Shown here piece after piece: positions 45,510 through 54,820 of a stretch of DNA of 64,000 nt. This DNA is from Lentisphaerae bacterium GWF2_57_35. Its GTDB lineage: Bacteria; Verrucomicrobiota; Kiritimatiellia; CAIQIC01; GWF2-57-35. The notes under the pieces were generated by a model, which saw only the letters and a list, made by a program, of their open reading frames with translations, had not been told where the DNA came from and ran no database searches. Within the stretch, counting starts at the first letter, position 1, and each line of letters begins with the position of its first letter. The position numbers were made by a program, and so were the translations under genes. The DNA lies in contig MHBK01000061.1 in assembly GCA_001804865.1 (NCBI GenBank), forward strand, positions 9,547 through 73,546, given 5' to 3'.

Positions 45510-46880
45510 ATGTTGATTAACTTTCGGTTTGGAAATTATCTTTCATTTCGGGACGAGGTTGAGTTCACATGTTTAGCATCACGTGAGAAACAGCATGCTG
45601 AACGAGTGTTTCGTTCTCCGAGGCTTAAATTTCGGATACTTCCCTTAGCGACGATTTGGGGTGCAAACGGATCTGGGAAATCTAATTTTTACTATGCTAT
45701 TCAATTTGCTCGCCGGTTTATAGTGCGAGGAAAATCACGACCTGAAGATAGGATCGATGTTGAACCGTTTAAGCTAGATCCTGCGTATTTGGCGTTGCCG
45801 ACATCGTTTGGCTTTGATCTTCTGATTAACGATCATATTTATAGCTATCAATTTTCTGTAACTCGAGAGCGTGTAGTCAGTGAGTCATTGGATGAAGTAA
45901 AAGGTGAAAAAAGGACACGTATATACTCAAGAGGCTGGACTGACTCTGGAACTCCTGTTTGGGACATTGAATACTTCCGCAAACTGGATATGTCCGAAGA
46001 TGATAAGCAATTCATTGAATTTAAGACGCGAGATACTCTTCCCAACCAACTCTTTTTAAGTGAATTGAGAGGAAAAAAAATTCCGATTCTTGACAATGTG
46101 GGCGAATGGTTTCGACGTAACCTCGTGTTGCTAGATCCGAACGCTGTTTTTAAACCTATTGAGCTTAGTCTTCAGCAAGTCGAAGAATTCCGTAGATATG
46201 CAGCCGATCTGCTGCAAAAAGCAGGAACTGGGATTTATTCATTGGAAAATGAGATGGTTGCCATTGAGTCTCTTCCTTTATCTGAGCCGCAGAAGGCAGA
46301 AATTACGAAAATGCTATCCGCGTCTGGAGACAAGGCCATGTTCCAAGTTGAAGGACCAGAACGTCGTCGTTTTCTCGTCTTTCGTGAAGGAAACGAAACT
46401 AAAGCCATGAAGCTCGTAGCAAATCACAACGACTGCAATGCCAGGCGTGTAGCGTTTGAAATGACAGATGAATCTGAAGGAACTCAAAGATTGATCGATC
46501 TTTTATCTGCATTCTATGAACTCAGTAATCCAACTACTGAGAAAGTATTTGTCATCGATGAATTGGATCGCAGTCTGCACACATTGCTCACTCGTTCGTT
46601 AGTAGAGAGTTTTCTGTCCGTACGACAGTCCTCATCGCGAGGACAATTGATTTTCACAACGCATGATGGGCTACTTCTGGATCAGAATCTTATGCGGAGA
46701 GATGAAGTTTGGTTCATTGATAAGAATGCACAGGGCGCATCAGCGCTGTCATCACTGAGTGATTTTGATGTGAGGTATGATAAGGACATCAGAAAGAGTT
46801 ACCTGCAAGGACGCTTCGGCGGTATTCCAAATATATGGGGATTGCCAAAACAAGCCTTAAATGCGAAGAAAGAAGACTAA
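45510..46880 (+). CDS. AAA_21/AAA_15-type ABC-like ATPase (RloA/AbiLi-like) in the low-GC island
   Basis: Walker A GANGSGKSNF, Walker B VFVIDELDRSLH, and LIFTTHD motif. AAAAGG RBS. Alternative upstream ATG 45480. Local GC ~40% against ~63% in the flanks. Confidence 0.8.
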   Translation: MLINFRFGNYLSFRDEVEFTCLASREKQHAERVFRSPRLKFRILPLATIWGANGSGKSNFYYAIQFARRFIVRGKSRPEDRIDVEPFKLDPAYLALPTSFGFDLLINDHIYSYQFSVTRERVVSESLDEVKGEKRTRIYSRGWTDSGTPVWDIEYFRKLDMSEDDKQFIEFKTRDTLPNQLFLSELRGKKIPILDNVGEWFRRNLVLLDPNAVFKPIELSLQQVEEFRRYAADLLQKAGTGIYSLENEMVAIESLPLSEPQKAEITKMLSASGDKAMFQVEGPERRRFLVFREGNETKAMKLVANHNDCNARRVAFEMTDESEGTQRLIDLLSAFYELSNPTTEKVFVIDELDRSLHTLLTRSLVESFLSVRQSSSRGQLIFTTHDGLLLDQNLMRRDEVWFIDKNAQGASALSSLSDFDVRYDKDIRKSYLQGRFGGIPNIWGLPKQALNAKKED

Positions 46881-46882
46881 TC

Positions 46883-47485
46883 ATGTCTCCTCGTTGTGAT
46901 GGATTCCGTCGGCAAATAGGCTATAGAAAGCCCAAGAAGCACTTTCATATAGCGACGGAAGGAAATGAAACAGAGCCTCGCTATTTCGAACTGTTTAAAA
47001 CAACGCGTGAGGATGAGATTCAGCTTAAAATTATTCCTAGCAAACACAAATCTAGACCGTTACAGGTTTTGGAGCATCTAAAACTGCATGTTGCAAAGAA
47101 TGGACGTAAAGGAGATGAAGCTTGGTTGGTCATTGATCGCGATGCTTGGGATGAAGCCGAATTGAACGATGTATTCAGAGAGGCTCAATCTTATGGATAT
47201 GAGGTGGCTCTTAGCAATCCGTGCTTTGAATTATGGCTGTATCTTCACATGAGAGACAATCGGTTGTTTGCAAATAGACATCAATGCCAAGATATGCTCC
47301 AGGATGTTTTAGATGGATATGATCCTAATAAGAAATCTACATATAAAACTGAGTGTCTCTTGCCAAATGTAGATATGGCTATTCAGCGCGCACAAGGATT
47401 AGACCTGCATCCCAATGATTTGTGGCCTCGAAACCAAGCAACTCGGGTATACAAACTAATTCATCGCATACGAAGAAATCTTTAG
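46883..47485 (+). CDS. RloB-like (AbiLii-like) protein, partner of the upstream ATPase
   Basis: HIATEGNETEPRYFELF resembles the RloB-family N-terminal motif (CEGEKTEPNYF). Starts 2 nt after the ATPase stop. ~200 aa. Confidence 0.65.
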   Translation: MSPRCDGFRRQIGYRKPKKHFHIATEGNETEPRYFELFKTTREDEIQLKIIPSKHKSRPLQVLEHLKLHVAKNGRKGDEAWLVIDRDAWDEAELNDVFREAQSYGYEVALSNPCFELWLYLHMRDNRLFANRHQCQDMLQDVLDGYDPNKKSTYKTECLLPNVDMAIQRAQGLDLHPNDLWPRNQATRVYKLIHRIRRNL

Positions 47486-47522
47486 CAGGGAGAGTGACTG
47501 AAGGATGGAATGCTGCTAATCC

Positions 47523-49007
47523 TTAATTCTGTTGTAAAGACTTGCTTTTATCTGGCGGTGTTCCCCACCGCCTATTGCTGAAGGCGAAGGAGAGAAAGGC
47601 TTTCAGATTCTTCAGGAAGCGGAGCCAACTGTCGGGGGATTGCCAGAGCATGGCGACATAGCCGAGCAGGATGCGGGTGCGGGTGAAGTGGCGTTTGTAA
47701 AACTCCTGGAACAACGCTTGCAGGCGGTCGAGCCGGATGCCTTCCGGAACGAACAGAAAATGCATGCAGTCCATTTTTTCCCAGTTCTCGTCGAAGCGTC
47801 CGCGCTCATGGATGCCGGCGTACAACGGCGTGCCGGGGAAGGGGGTGAACTTGGCGATGTTGAGGTCGTTCAAGGGCAGGGATAAAACGTAGTCCATGCT
47901 TTTTCGGATGGAGGTTTCCGTTTCGCCGGGCAGACCGAGCATGACGAGCCCTTTGACGCGAAGGCCGGCGCGTTTGATCTCGCGGATCTTGTCCCGCAGC
48001 ATGCTTAAGTCGCTTTGCTTTCGGTGCTGCGACAGAAGTTCCGGGTCGCCGGTTTCGATGCCGAGGCTGATCATCCAGGCGCCCGCCTGCTTCATCAGGG
48101 CCAGCAAGGCCGGGTCGAGCTTTTCGGCGCGGGCGGCGCAGTTGAAGGTCATGCCCAGGGGACGGTCGATCAGCTTTTTCATGAGTTCTTCCACCCGCCC
48201 CCGATGCAGGGTGAATTGGTCGTCGTAAAAGTTCAGGTGGCGGATGCCAAATCGCCGGCGCAGGTAGGACATGTGTTCATAAACGTAGCCGGGCGAATTG
48301 AAGCGGAAGGTTCGCCCGAAGACCGAGCGGTCGCAATAACTGCATTCGTAAGGACAGCCCCGGCTGGATATGCAACTGGCGTTGGGCGTTCTGGGATAGC
48401 TGAAAATCGGCAGCGTGTAGCGGTCCGGATACCCCGGCAGTTTTTCGTACGCTGGGAAAGGCAGGTCGTCGAGCGGAAGCTGCTCGGTACGGAAGCCGTT
48501 GAAACGGACCTGGCCGTCCTGTCGATAGGCAAGGCCTTTCACGGAGGCCCAGGCGTCGGCGTCCCCTTCGGTTTTCATGAGTTCGGCCATAACCGCTTCG
48601 CCTTCTCCGATGACGGAGGCCTCCATGTCGGTAAACTTTTCCAGGAGCGCCGGGCCCAGCGCCGATACGTGCGGGCCGCCGAAAACGGTGCGCGTTTCCG
48701 GCTGCAAAGTTTTGATGTTGGCGGCCAGCCTTATGCCGTCCAGGAAGGAGGCCGTGGTGCAACTGAAACCGACCAGGGAAGGGCGATGCTCTCGGAGATA
48801 CTCCGGCAGGAGCCGGGCGGCGTCCGGATCGGCATTGAAGTCGAGGAGATCGGCTTTGAATCCCTCGCGTTCGAGATACGCCGCGATGCAGGCCAGCCCC
48901 AGCGGCGGCATGAGGTTCGCTTTGCGCGCGATGTCGCTCGCCGCCATGCCCGCCCCGGCGCCGAGCGGATGAACCAGTAATATTCGTTTGTAATCCAATG
49001 ACGGCAT
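47523..49007 (-). CDS. B12-binding-domain radical SAM enzyme (third paralog; last gene of the locus C operon)
   Basis: N-terminal B12-binding fold (RILLVHPLG...GFSCTTASFLD), then SRGCPYECSYC (Cx3Cx2C). AGGAAA RBS. Confidence 0.75.
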   Translation of the reverse strand: MPSLDYKRILLVHPLGAGAGMAASDIARKANLMPPLGLACIAAYLEREGFKADLLDFNADPDAARLLPEYLREHRPSLVGFSCTTASFLDGIRLAANIKTLQPETRTVFGGPHVSALGPALLEKFTDMEASVIGEGEAVMAELMKTEGDADAWASVKGLAYRQDGQVRFNGFRTEQLPLDDLPFPAYEKLPGYPDRYTLPIFSYPRTPNASCISSRGCPYECSYCDRSVFGRTFRFNSPGYVYEHMSYLRRRFGIRHLNFYDDQFTLHRGRVEELMKKLIDRPLGMTFNCAARAEKLDPALLALMKQAGAWMISLGIETGDPELLSQHRKQSDLSMLRDKIREIKRAGLRVKGLVMLGLPGETETSIRKSMDYVLSLPLNDLNIAKFTPFPGTPLYAGIHERGRFDENWEKMDCMHFLFVPEGIRLDRLQALFQEFYKRHFTRTRILLGYVAMLWQSPDSWLRFLKNLKAFLSFAFSNRRWGTPPDKSKSLQQN

Positions 49008-49018
49008 GCGTCTATTTC

Positions 49019-49648
49019 CTAATCGGCCTGCAAGCGCGATCTTCGCAACTTCGGTTTAAGAAACAACCGATAACCCGAACTGAAATTTTCAATGACGATG
49101 GGCGTCGCTTCGTCGGAAAACCGGATACGGCTGACTCGCCGGGCGTTTTCGAAAAATTCTTTTTGCAGGAGGGCGCCGGTGAAGGCGTCGAATTCATAGC
49201 GAATCCGTACACCGCAAAGCTCTTGCTCCACGCTCCATCGGCCGCGCCGGCTGATCCAGCCGTCGGGGATGGTCGAGGCGGGCGGCTCCCGTAGAAACTT
49301 CAAGTCCTTCCAGGCCGCGGCGGAAAAGGTCTCCAGGCGTTCTCGGGACTGCGGAATATAAACGGCTTTGTGAACAAGATTCGATCCGCCGCGGGCCTCG
49401 AAGATTTTGATGCCTGCCGGGCTTAAGGCGGCGATGGCCAAGGCCTGTTCTGTTTGCTCAACGTATAAGATCAGGGCGATGGACCGGAACCAGATTTTTA
49501 CGCGGGTGCTGTAAACGGCGCTGAGGTTGGCGGGTTGCTGCACGTAATGGCTCCAAACTTCGGCCGGCGTCATGAGCGGTTTGTCCGGGAGCGTGGAGCA
49601 ACTGCATTCAAGCAGCAGCCATAAAAGCGGTATGAAGCGTTTAAGCAT
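49019..49648 (-). CDS. Putative lipoprotein (possibly DUF3261-like, a family recurrent in aryl-polyene clusters)
   Basis: MLKRFIPLLWLLLECSCS signal/lipobox-like N-terminus. 8-nt overlap with the MMPL gene end. Confidence 0.4.
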   Translation of the reverse strand: MLKRFIPLLWLLLECSCSTLPDKPLMTPAEVWSHYVQQPANLSAVYSTRVKIWFRSIALILYVEQTEQALAIAALSPAGIKIFEARGGSNLVHKAVYIPQSRERLETFSAAAWKDLKFLREPPASTIPDGWISRRGRWSVEQELCGVRIRYEFDAFTGALLQKEFFENARRVSRIRFSDEATPIVIENFSSGYRLFLKPKLRRSRLQAD

Positions 49649-52019
49649 GGGCTTTCTCCTTCCCCAGTCCGAGCGCGCGGGCCGCGGGTTCCAGGACCCA
49701 GAGCGCTATGAAAAAACCGCAAGCGAGGCCGCCCGACAAGGTCAACCCAAAGGAAAAAAGGGCGGGATGATGAGCCGCCAATAGGGGCAGGGCGCCCGCC
49801 ATGGTGGTCAGCCACGAGAGCAGGATGCCTTGCTCCAAAAACGGCTGCCGGCCGAGCAGGGCTTCGATTTTAAACACCGCATAGTCGAGGGTGAGTCCGA
49901 TCACGAGCACCAGGGCCATCATGCCCGAGGCATTCAGCCGCTGGCCCGTGAGGGCGAGCAGGGCCAGGGCGCCCGCGATGGCCCCCGCGGCGGTTATCGC
50001 CAGCAGCAAAAGCGCCCTCAGGTTTCTCAGAATGGCCCCTGCCGCCAAGGCAATGCCGAGAAGCCCCAGGAAGGCCAGTCGGCGAATTTCCCGGGTCATG
50101 CCGGAGGCAAACAGTTCGCGCAGTTTGCTTCGGGACACAACCGCCGATGAAGCCGGCAGCTCCGGCATGTTTTGCAGGGCTGCCTGCACCGGCGGCGTCT
50201 CCGGAAAATACGAGAGCGCCATGTGCCCATATTCGTTGCTTCGAACATACGGCGCGGCCAGTTGATCGAAGAACCGCCGGCCCTGCGGGGCGGGGCCGGC
50301 CTCGGCGCCTTCAAAAATGGAATTCATGAAAGGATCGAAAGCCGTTTCGGAAAACCCCTGGGCGGCGCCCAGGCGCCGAAAGGCGTCGCGCAATGGTTCC
50401 TGACGCGCGCTCCAAAACTCGGTCCAACGTTTTGCATTATTTTTCCGAATCGCCTGCGAGGGCCAAACGGCCGACCAGCTTTGCCATGCATTGGAAAGGC
50501 CCCGGTCGGTCATATGCGCATAGGCCAGGTCGTTGGCGGCCAGCGCATCTTCCAGTTGGGGCGCCCAGACGGCAAAAATACCCATATCTTTCATGCCGGC
50601 GCCCCATTGGCGGAAGAAGTCGTCTTCATATTGTTTAATGGCGGGGGCCGTGCCGTCCAGGCGGCTGAAATCGGATTCGACCGTCACGCGGGAGGCCAGG
50701 AGCAGGGCAGCGAGAAAAAACACTGTAAAAATCACGAGAACGAGCGGCCCCTTTTTTGCGGTCCAGCCGAATACGTTGGGCGCGAGGGCTGCCGTCTTGA
50801 TGCGCCGTTCGCCCAACAGGAGCGGCAGGAGCCAGAGCGAAAGGGCGAGGGCCAAAATCAGCGTCGCGGCGGCCAGCAGGCCGAGTTGCCGATAACCCGG
50901 CGCGCTTGAAAACATAAAAGCTAAAAAGGCGGCGATGGTGGTGGCCGCGCTGGTCAGCAGGGGCGCACGAATCCGCCGGATAGCCGCCATCGGCGCTTCA
51001 CGCTCTAGCCGGTGGGCGACGGCAAGAAAGGCATGGATGCCGTAATCGACCGCGATGCCGGCGATCAAACCGGTCAGCCCGATCACGATCAACGCAGGGG
51101 TAAAACCGAGCAGTGTAACGAACGCAAGGGCCGGCAGAATGCACGCCGGCGGAATGGCAAAGATGAGCGCCGCCCGCAAATCGCGGAACAGCAGGAAAAA
51201 CAGAACGAGCAGCGCGCCCGCGCTCATGAACCCCGCCACGCCGATATCCCGTTTGATGACCGCCTGGTTGCTCAAGGTATGCAGATGGCCGCAGATGACG
51301 CCGGCTTTCATGCCCGAAGGCAGCGCGCGCATACGCTCGTTCAAAAAGTCCAGCAGCGCCTGCGAGCGCGCATGGTCCATGATGGCCGCCGGGGTTTCCA
51401 AGACGATCATGGCGGAAGAGCCGTCTTCGGAAGTAAAATGCCCGCCCTGGATCGCAATCTGGTAGCCCAGCGCTTCGCCCAGCCGCTCCAGAGGCTTCAG
51501 GGCCATCGCCCGTACGCCGAGGGGGTCGCGTCGAAAAATTTCGGCCGAGACCAAGCTCTGTGGCGAGAGCATTTCGCGGCGAATATTTTTCAATGCATTG
51601 GAGATGCTTTCATCCGTCAGCTTGCGTTCGACGATTTCGTAATCGGCCGGCCGCAGCAATTGGGGCGCCGAGGTCATGAAGAAACCCAAGTCCTCCTTGG
51701 AGGGAAACATGTTCTGCGCCGTAATGACCCGTGAAATCAGCGGCGACGACAGCGATTGGGCGAAGTTATCCAACGATTGGAAAAACACATCGTCCGGCGT
51801 CTGCCGCGGATCGCGTTGCACCCAGACGATGACCTTGCCGGAGATTTGGGCGGCGTTTAAGAGGCGCAGGGAGGATCGCAAGGCTCCGCCCTCGGGAATC
51901 ATCGATTCGAGAGAGTCGTCGAAGGCAACCCGGGACACGGTCCAGCCGGCGGCCAGCAGCAGTACGCCCAGCAGCGCGATCAAGCCCCAGCGGAGGGGGA
52001 ATGGAGCGGGACCTTTCAT
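49641..52019 (-). CDS. MMPL-family (RND-superfamily) lipid/pigment exporter (ApeM-like)
   Basis: ~790 aa with ~12 TM helices in two 6-TM bundles and a large periplasmic loop. Start set at ATG 52019, which overlaps the LolA stop as ATGA. The track ORF starts at 52037. Confidence 0.75.
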   Translation of the reverse strand: MKGPAPFPLRWGLIALLGVLLLAAGWTVSRVAFDDSLESMIPEGGALRSSLRLLNAAQISGKVIVWVQRDPRQTPDDVFFQSLDNFAQSLSSPLISRVITAQNMFPSKEDLGFFMTSAPQLLRPADYEIVERKLTDESISNALKNIRREMLSPQSLVSAEIFRRDPLGVRAMALKPLERLGEALGYQIAIQGGHFTSEDGSSAMIVLETPAAIMDHARSQALLDFLNERMRALPSGMKAGVICGHLHTLSNQAVIKRDIGVAGFMSAGALLVLFFLLFRDLRAALIFAIPPACILPALAFVTLLGFTPALIVIGLTGLIAGIAVDYGIHAFLAVAHRLEREAPMAAIRRIRAPLLTSAATTIAAFLAFMFSSAPGYRQLGLLAAATLILALALSLWLLPLLLGERRIKTAALAPNVFGWTAKKGPLVLVIFTVFFLAALLLASRVTVESDFSRLDGTAPAIKQYEDDFFRQWGAGMKDMGIFAVWAPQLEDALAANDLAYAHMTDRGLSNAWQSWSAVWPSQAIRKNNAKRWTEFWSARQEPLRDAFRRLGAAQGFSETAFDPFMNSIFEGAEAGPAPQGRRFFDQLAAPYVRSNEYGHMALSYFPETPPVQAALQNMPELPASSAVVSRSKLRELFASGMTREIRRLAFLGLLGIALAAGAILRNLRALLLLAITAAGAIAGALALLALTGQRLNASGMMALVLVIGLTLDYAVFKIEALLGRQPFLEQGILLSWLTTMAGALPLLAAHHPALFSFGLTLSGGLACGFFIALWVLEPAARALGLGKEKAHA

Positions 52020-52762
52020 GGGCGGACACGAGTCCAAAAAGCAGGATCGATAACAGGATTGAGTTGCGTGTCGAGGAAGGAAATGGAGGTTTCGTCGCCC
52101 GAGGCATCGACGATTTCGATGCGGGAGAGATATTGCGCGTCGTCGCGGAGCCGGAGGACGATGGTGTGGATGTACGAGCGCATGGCCGACGATTCGAGCG
52201 GCGAGAACTCAATGGCGATGGGGTTCGAACCGAGCAGCCGGGCGTTGTAGGTATTCGTCAGGGTCGTAAACGAACCGGACAGCCAGGCGGACATCTGCTC
52301 GTAGATGGCGCCGACGACGGGATTTTTGCCGCGGGACAAGACCTGCACGCGGTCGGTCTCTTCGTCCCATTGGCTGATCTGGTCGCCGTTGACGAGCAAT
52401 TTGTAGCGCATCGGGCTGAAGACTTCCCAGGCAAAATGACCGGCATGATCGGCGGTCATTCGGCCTTCCATGCGCAACGTGTCCCGGAAGAGGGCCATCT
52501 TTTTTTCCTGCACGAACCGGCTGGAGACCGACGTGACCTGGCGCAGGTTTTCCTGCCACGCGGCCAGCGCGCGCGAAAGATCGGTGTTGTCGCTTGCGCC
52601 ATCGGAAAAGGAGGGAACGCTCAATCCGGTAAAAATGAGCAGGACCATCAGTCGCCGAGAAATTAGCCAGAACGCCGCGTCCTTACGGACGCGGCTATGT
52701 AGCCGCCGGCGTAAGCCGGTGGATTCTGGCGGTGCGGCAGGATCTATGAGCGATTGGCTCAT
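52016..52762 (-). CDS. LolA-like outer-membrane lipoprotein carrier family protein (ApeL-like)
   Basis: Signal sequence ...RRLMVLLIFTGLSVPSFS. ~200-aa LolA-fold-sized mature part. ATGA overlap with the ammonia-lyase stop. Confidence 0.55.
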   Translation of the reverse strand: MSQSLIDPAAPPESTGLRRRLHSRVRKDAAFWLISRRLMVLLIFTGLSVPSFSDGASDNTDLSRALAAWQENLRQVTSVSSRFVQEKKMALFRDTLRMEGRMTADHAGHFAWEVFSPMRYKLLVNGDQISQWDEETDRVQVLSRGKNPVVGAIYEQMSAWLSGSFTTLTNTYNARLLGSNPIAIEFSPLESSAMRSYIHTIVLRLRDDAQYLSRIEIVDASGDETSISFLDTQLNPVIDPAFWTRVRP

Positions 52763-54378
52763 GTTTCTTCCGGGGGCAAAAACGCATCGAGGCTGTCGAG
52801 CAGCGGGCTGGAAAAAAGTTGCCGGCGCAGGGCCGTCAAATCGTCGTGAAACACGCGTTGATTGTCGTAGACGCTAAACCCGGGGGCCAGCTCCGCATGA
52901 AAGCGTCCGGTGCCGAAACCCAGGCCGGTCGTTTTTTTCAGAGCCAGCGCCTGCAAGTCGGCCAGGGTTTCCAGGGTCAAAACATGCTTGGCATTGCGCA
53001 CGAGGCGGAAGGTTTTGCGGGCGGCGATGGTGCCCATGCTGACGACATCCTGGTTGGAGGCGTTGCAGGAGATGGAGTGAATGCTCATGGGATTGGCCAG
53101 GTGGCGCGTTTCCGCTGTCGAAGAGGTGGCCAGGTATTGCGCGCCCATGAAGCCCATGACCAGGCCGGCCGGCCCGGCAATGAGATGCTCCGGCAGGCCT
53201 TCGTTCAGGTGTTTATCCAGCAGCTTGTTGATCCGGCGTTCGGAGAGATTGCTCAATGTGCAGATCGCAATGCCCAGCATATCCATAGCAAACGACAGGC
53301 TCTGTCCGTGGAAGTTGCCGCCGTGCAGGATCAAGCCCTCGTCCGGGACAATGACGGGGTTGTCGTTGACGCCGTTTGCCTCGATCTCGACGGTCTTGAT
53401 CGCGGCCGCGATAGTCTCGACGACCGGTGCGAGAATCTGGGCGGTGCAGCGGATGGAATAGACATCCTGCACGTTGATATTGGTTTGATAGACCATCTGC
53501 TCGTTGTCGCGGGCCGAATTGATCCGTTCGTGAATCCGGCTGCGCGGGGTAATGTTCGCCGAGCCTTGGTACAGCCGTCGGATGATCGCTGCGGCTTCGA
53601 CCTGGCCGGGGTGAGGCTTCAGCGCGTGCAAATGGGGATCGAAGGCGTCGTCGATGCCGCCGAAAATTTCCATGACGAAGGCCGCATTGAGGTAGGCCAG
53701 CCGCAGCAGTTTTTCCGCGCCGAAGAGCGCGAACGCCGCCAGGGCGGTCATGGCGGAGGTGCCGTTCATCAGCGCGAGGCCTTCCTTGTAGCTCAGGGCA
53801 ATCGGGTGGAGTCCGGCTTGCGCCAGGGCCGCCCGGGCGGAAACCAGTTGGCCGCGCCGGTACACCTGGCCTTCGCCGATGATCGCCAACGCCGCGTGCG
53901 CGAGATGCACGAGATCCCCCGAAGCGCCCACGCTGCCGCTTTCGGGAATGTAGGGGGCGATGCCCGCGTTGATCATGTCGCGCATGAGTTCCAGCAATTC
54001 GATGCGCACGCCGGAGTAGCCTTTCACCAGGGCATTCAGGCGAAGCGTCAGCGTGGCCAGGGCGATGTAGGGCGGCAGCGGATCGCCCAGTCCGGCCGCG
54101 TGACTGCGAATCAGGTTGGCTTGCAGCGTTTCGATGTCCGCGTCGCGGATGATCTTGTTGCACATCGGGCCGAAGGAGGTGTTGACCCCGTAGATGATTT
54201 TGCCGGTCTTGAGTTCCTGTTCCAGGAAATTCCGGGAGGCGCGGCAGCGGTCGAGGCTTTGCGGAGAAAGAGCTACGCGCTTGTCGCCGACCCCGATGGC
54301 CACGATGTCTTCTATCGTTAAATGCTCGCCGGTCAGGACGACTTCCGGCTTTTCCGATGCTTCGTTTGTATTTTTCAT
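52759..54378 (-). CDS. Aromatic amino acid ammonia-lyase (MIO-dependent HAL/TAL/PAL family)
   Basis: MIO triad Ala-Ser-Gly in GSVGASGDL. Overall close resemblance to HutH, including YGVNTSFG and ...NLIRSHAAGLGDPL (Ser-His at the substrate-selectivity position). Tight operon linkage to the ligase, dehydratase and LolA genes. Confidence 0.85.
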   Translation of the reverse strand: MKNTNEASEKPEVVLTGEHLTIEDIVAIGVGDKRVALSPQSLDRCRASRNFLEQELKTGKIIYGVNTSFGPMCNKIIRDADIETLQANLIRSHAAGLGDPLPPYIALATLTLRLNALVKGYSGVRIELLELMRDMINAGIAPYIPESGSVGASGDLVHLAHAALAIIGEGQVYRRGQLVSARAALAQAGLHPIALSYKEGLALMNGTSAMTALAAFALFGAEKLLRLAYLNAAFVMEIFGGIDDAFDPHLHALKPHPGQVEAAAIIRRLYQGSANITPRSRIHERINSARDNEQMVYQTNINVQDVYSIRCTAQILAPVVETIAAAIKTVEIEANGVNDNPVIVPDEGLILHGGNFHGQSLSFAMDMLGIAICTLSNLSERRINKLLDKHLNEGLPEHLIAGPAGLVMGFMGAQYLATSSTAETRHLANPMSIHSISCNASNQDVVSMGTIAARKTFRLVRNAKHVLTLETLADLQALALKKTTGLGFGTGRFHAELAPGFSVYDNQRVFHDDLTALRRQLFSSPLLDSLDAFLPPEET

Positions 54379-54382
54379 CGTA

Positions 54383-54820
54383 TTACTCGTGCCAAAATTT
54401 CAGTTCCGCTTCGGCGAGGCATTCTTCGCCCCGGAGAATCCGGCCTTCCATGATTGCAAAATTCCCGAAATCGGCGGTGCGAATCGCGTGAATGGCCAAG
54501 ACGTCGCCGACGCGCGCGCGGCCTTTCACGGTATATTTTCTCACCCCGACCAACAAGCCCTTCACCGGCCCGCTGCCGGGATGCGGACGGGTCAGCCGTT
54601 CGTGGGCGGCCGCGGCCTGGGCCATCATTTCGATGCCCGATATGGGATCCCAGCTTCCATCGGCCCGGACAAACCAGGCCTCCGCCGGAACGGTCAGGCG
54701 GACGGCGCCGGAGGTTGGGCTGTACGCCAGCACCTCTTCGATGGCCAGCATGGGTTTTTCATGCGGTATAAAAGCGGCTGCCGGAAAAGGGCAGGCCATA
54801 TCATGTGTGCAATCTGTCAT
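54383..54820 (-). CDS. Hotdog-fold dehydratase (ApeI/ApeP-like)
   Basis: ~145 aa hotdog-sized ...PMLAIEEVLAY...GIEMMAQAAAAHE... Start uncertain (alternative ATG 54799). Confidence 0.55.
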   Translation of the reverse strand: MTDCTHDMACPFPAAAFIPHEKPMLAIEEVLAYSPTSGAVRLTVPAEAWFVRADGSWDPISGIEMMAQAAAAHERLTRPHPGSGPVKGLLVGVRKYTVKGRARVGDVLAIHAIRTADFGNFAIMEGRILRGEECLAEAELKFWHE

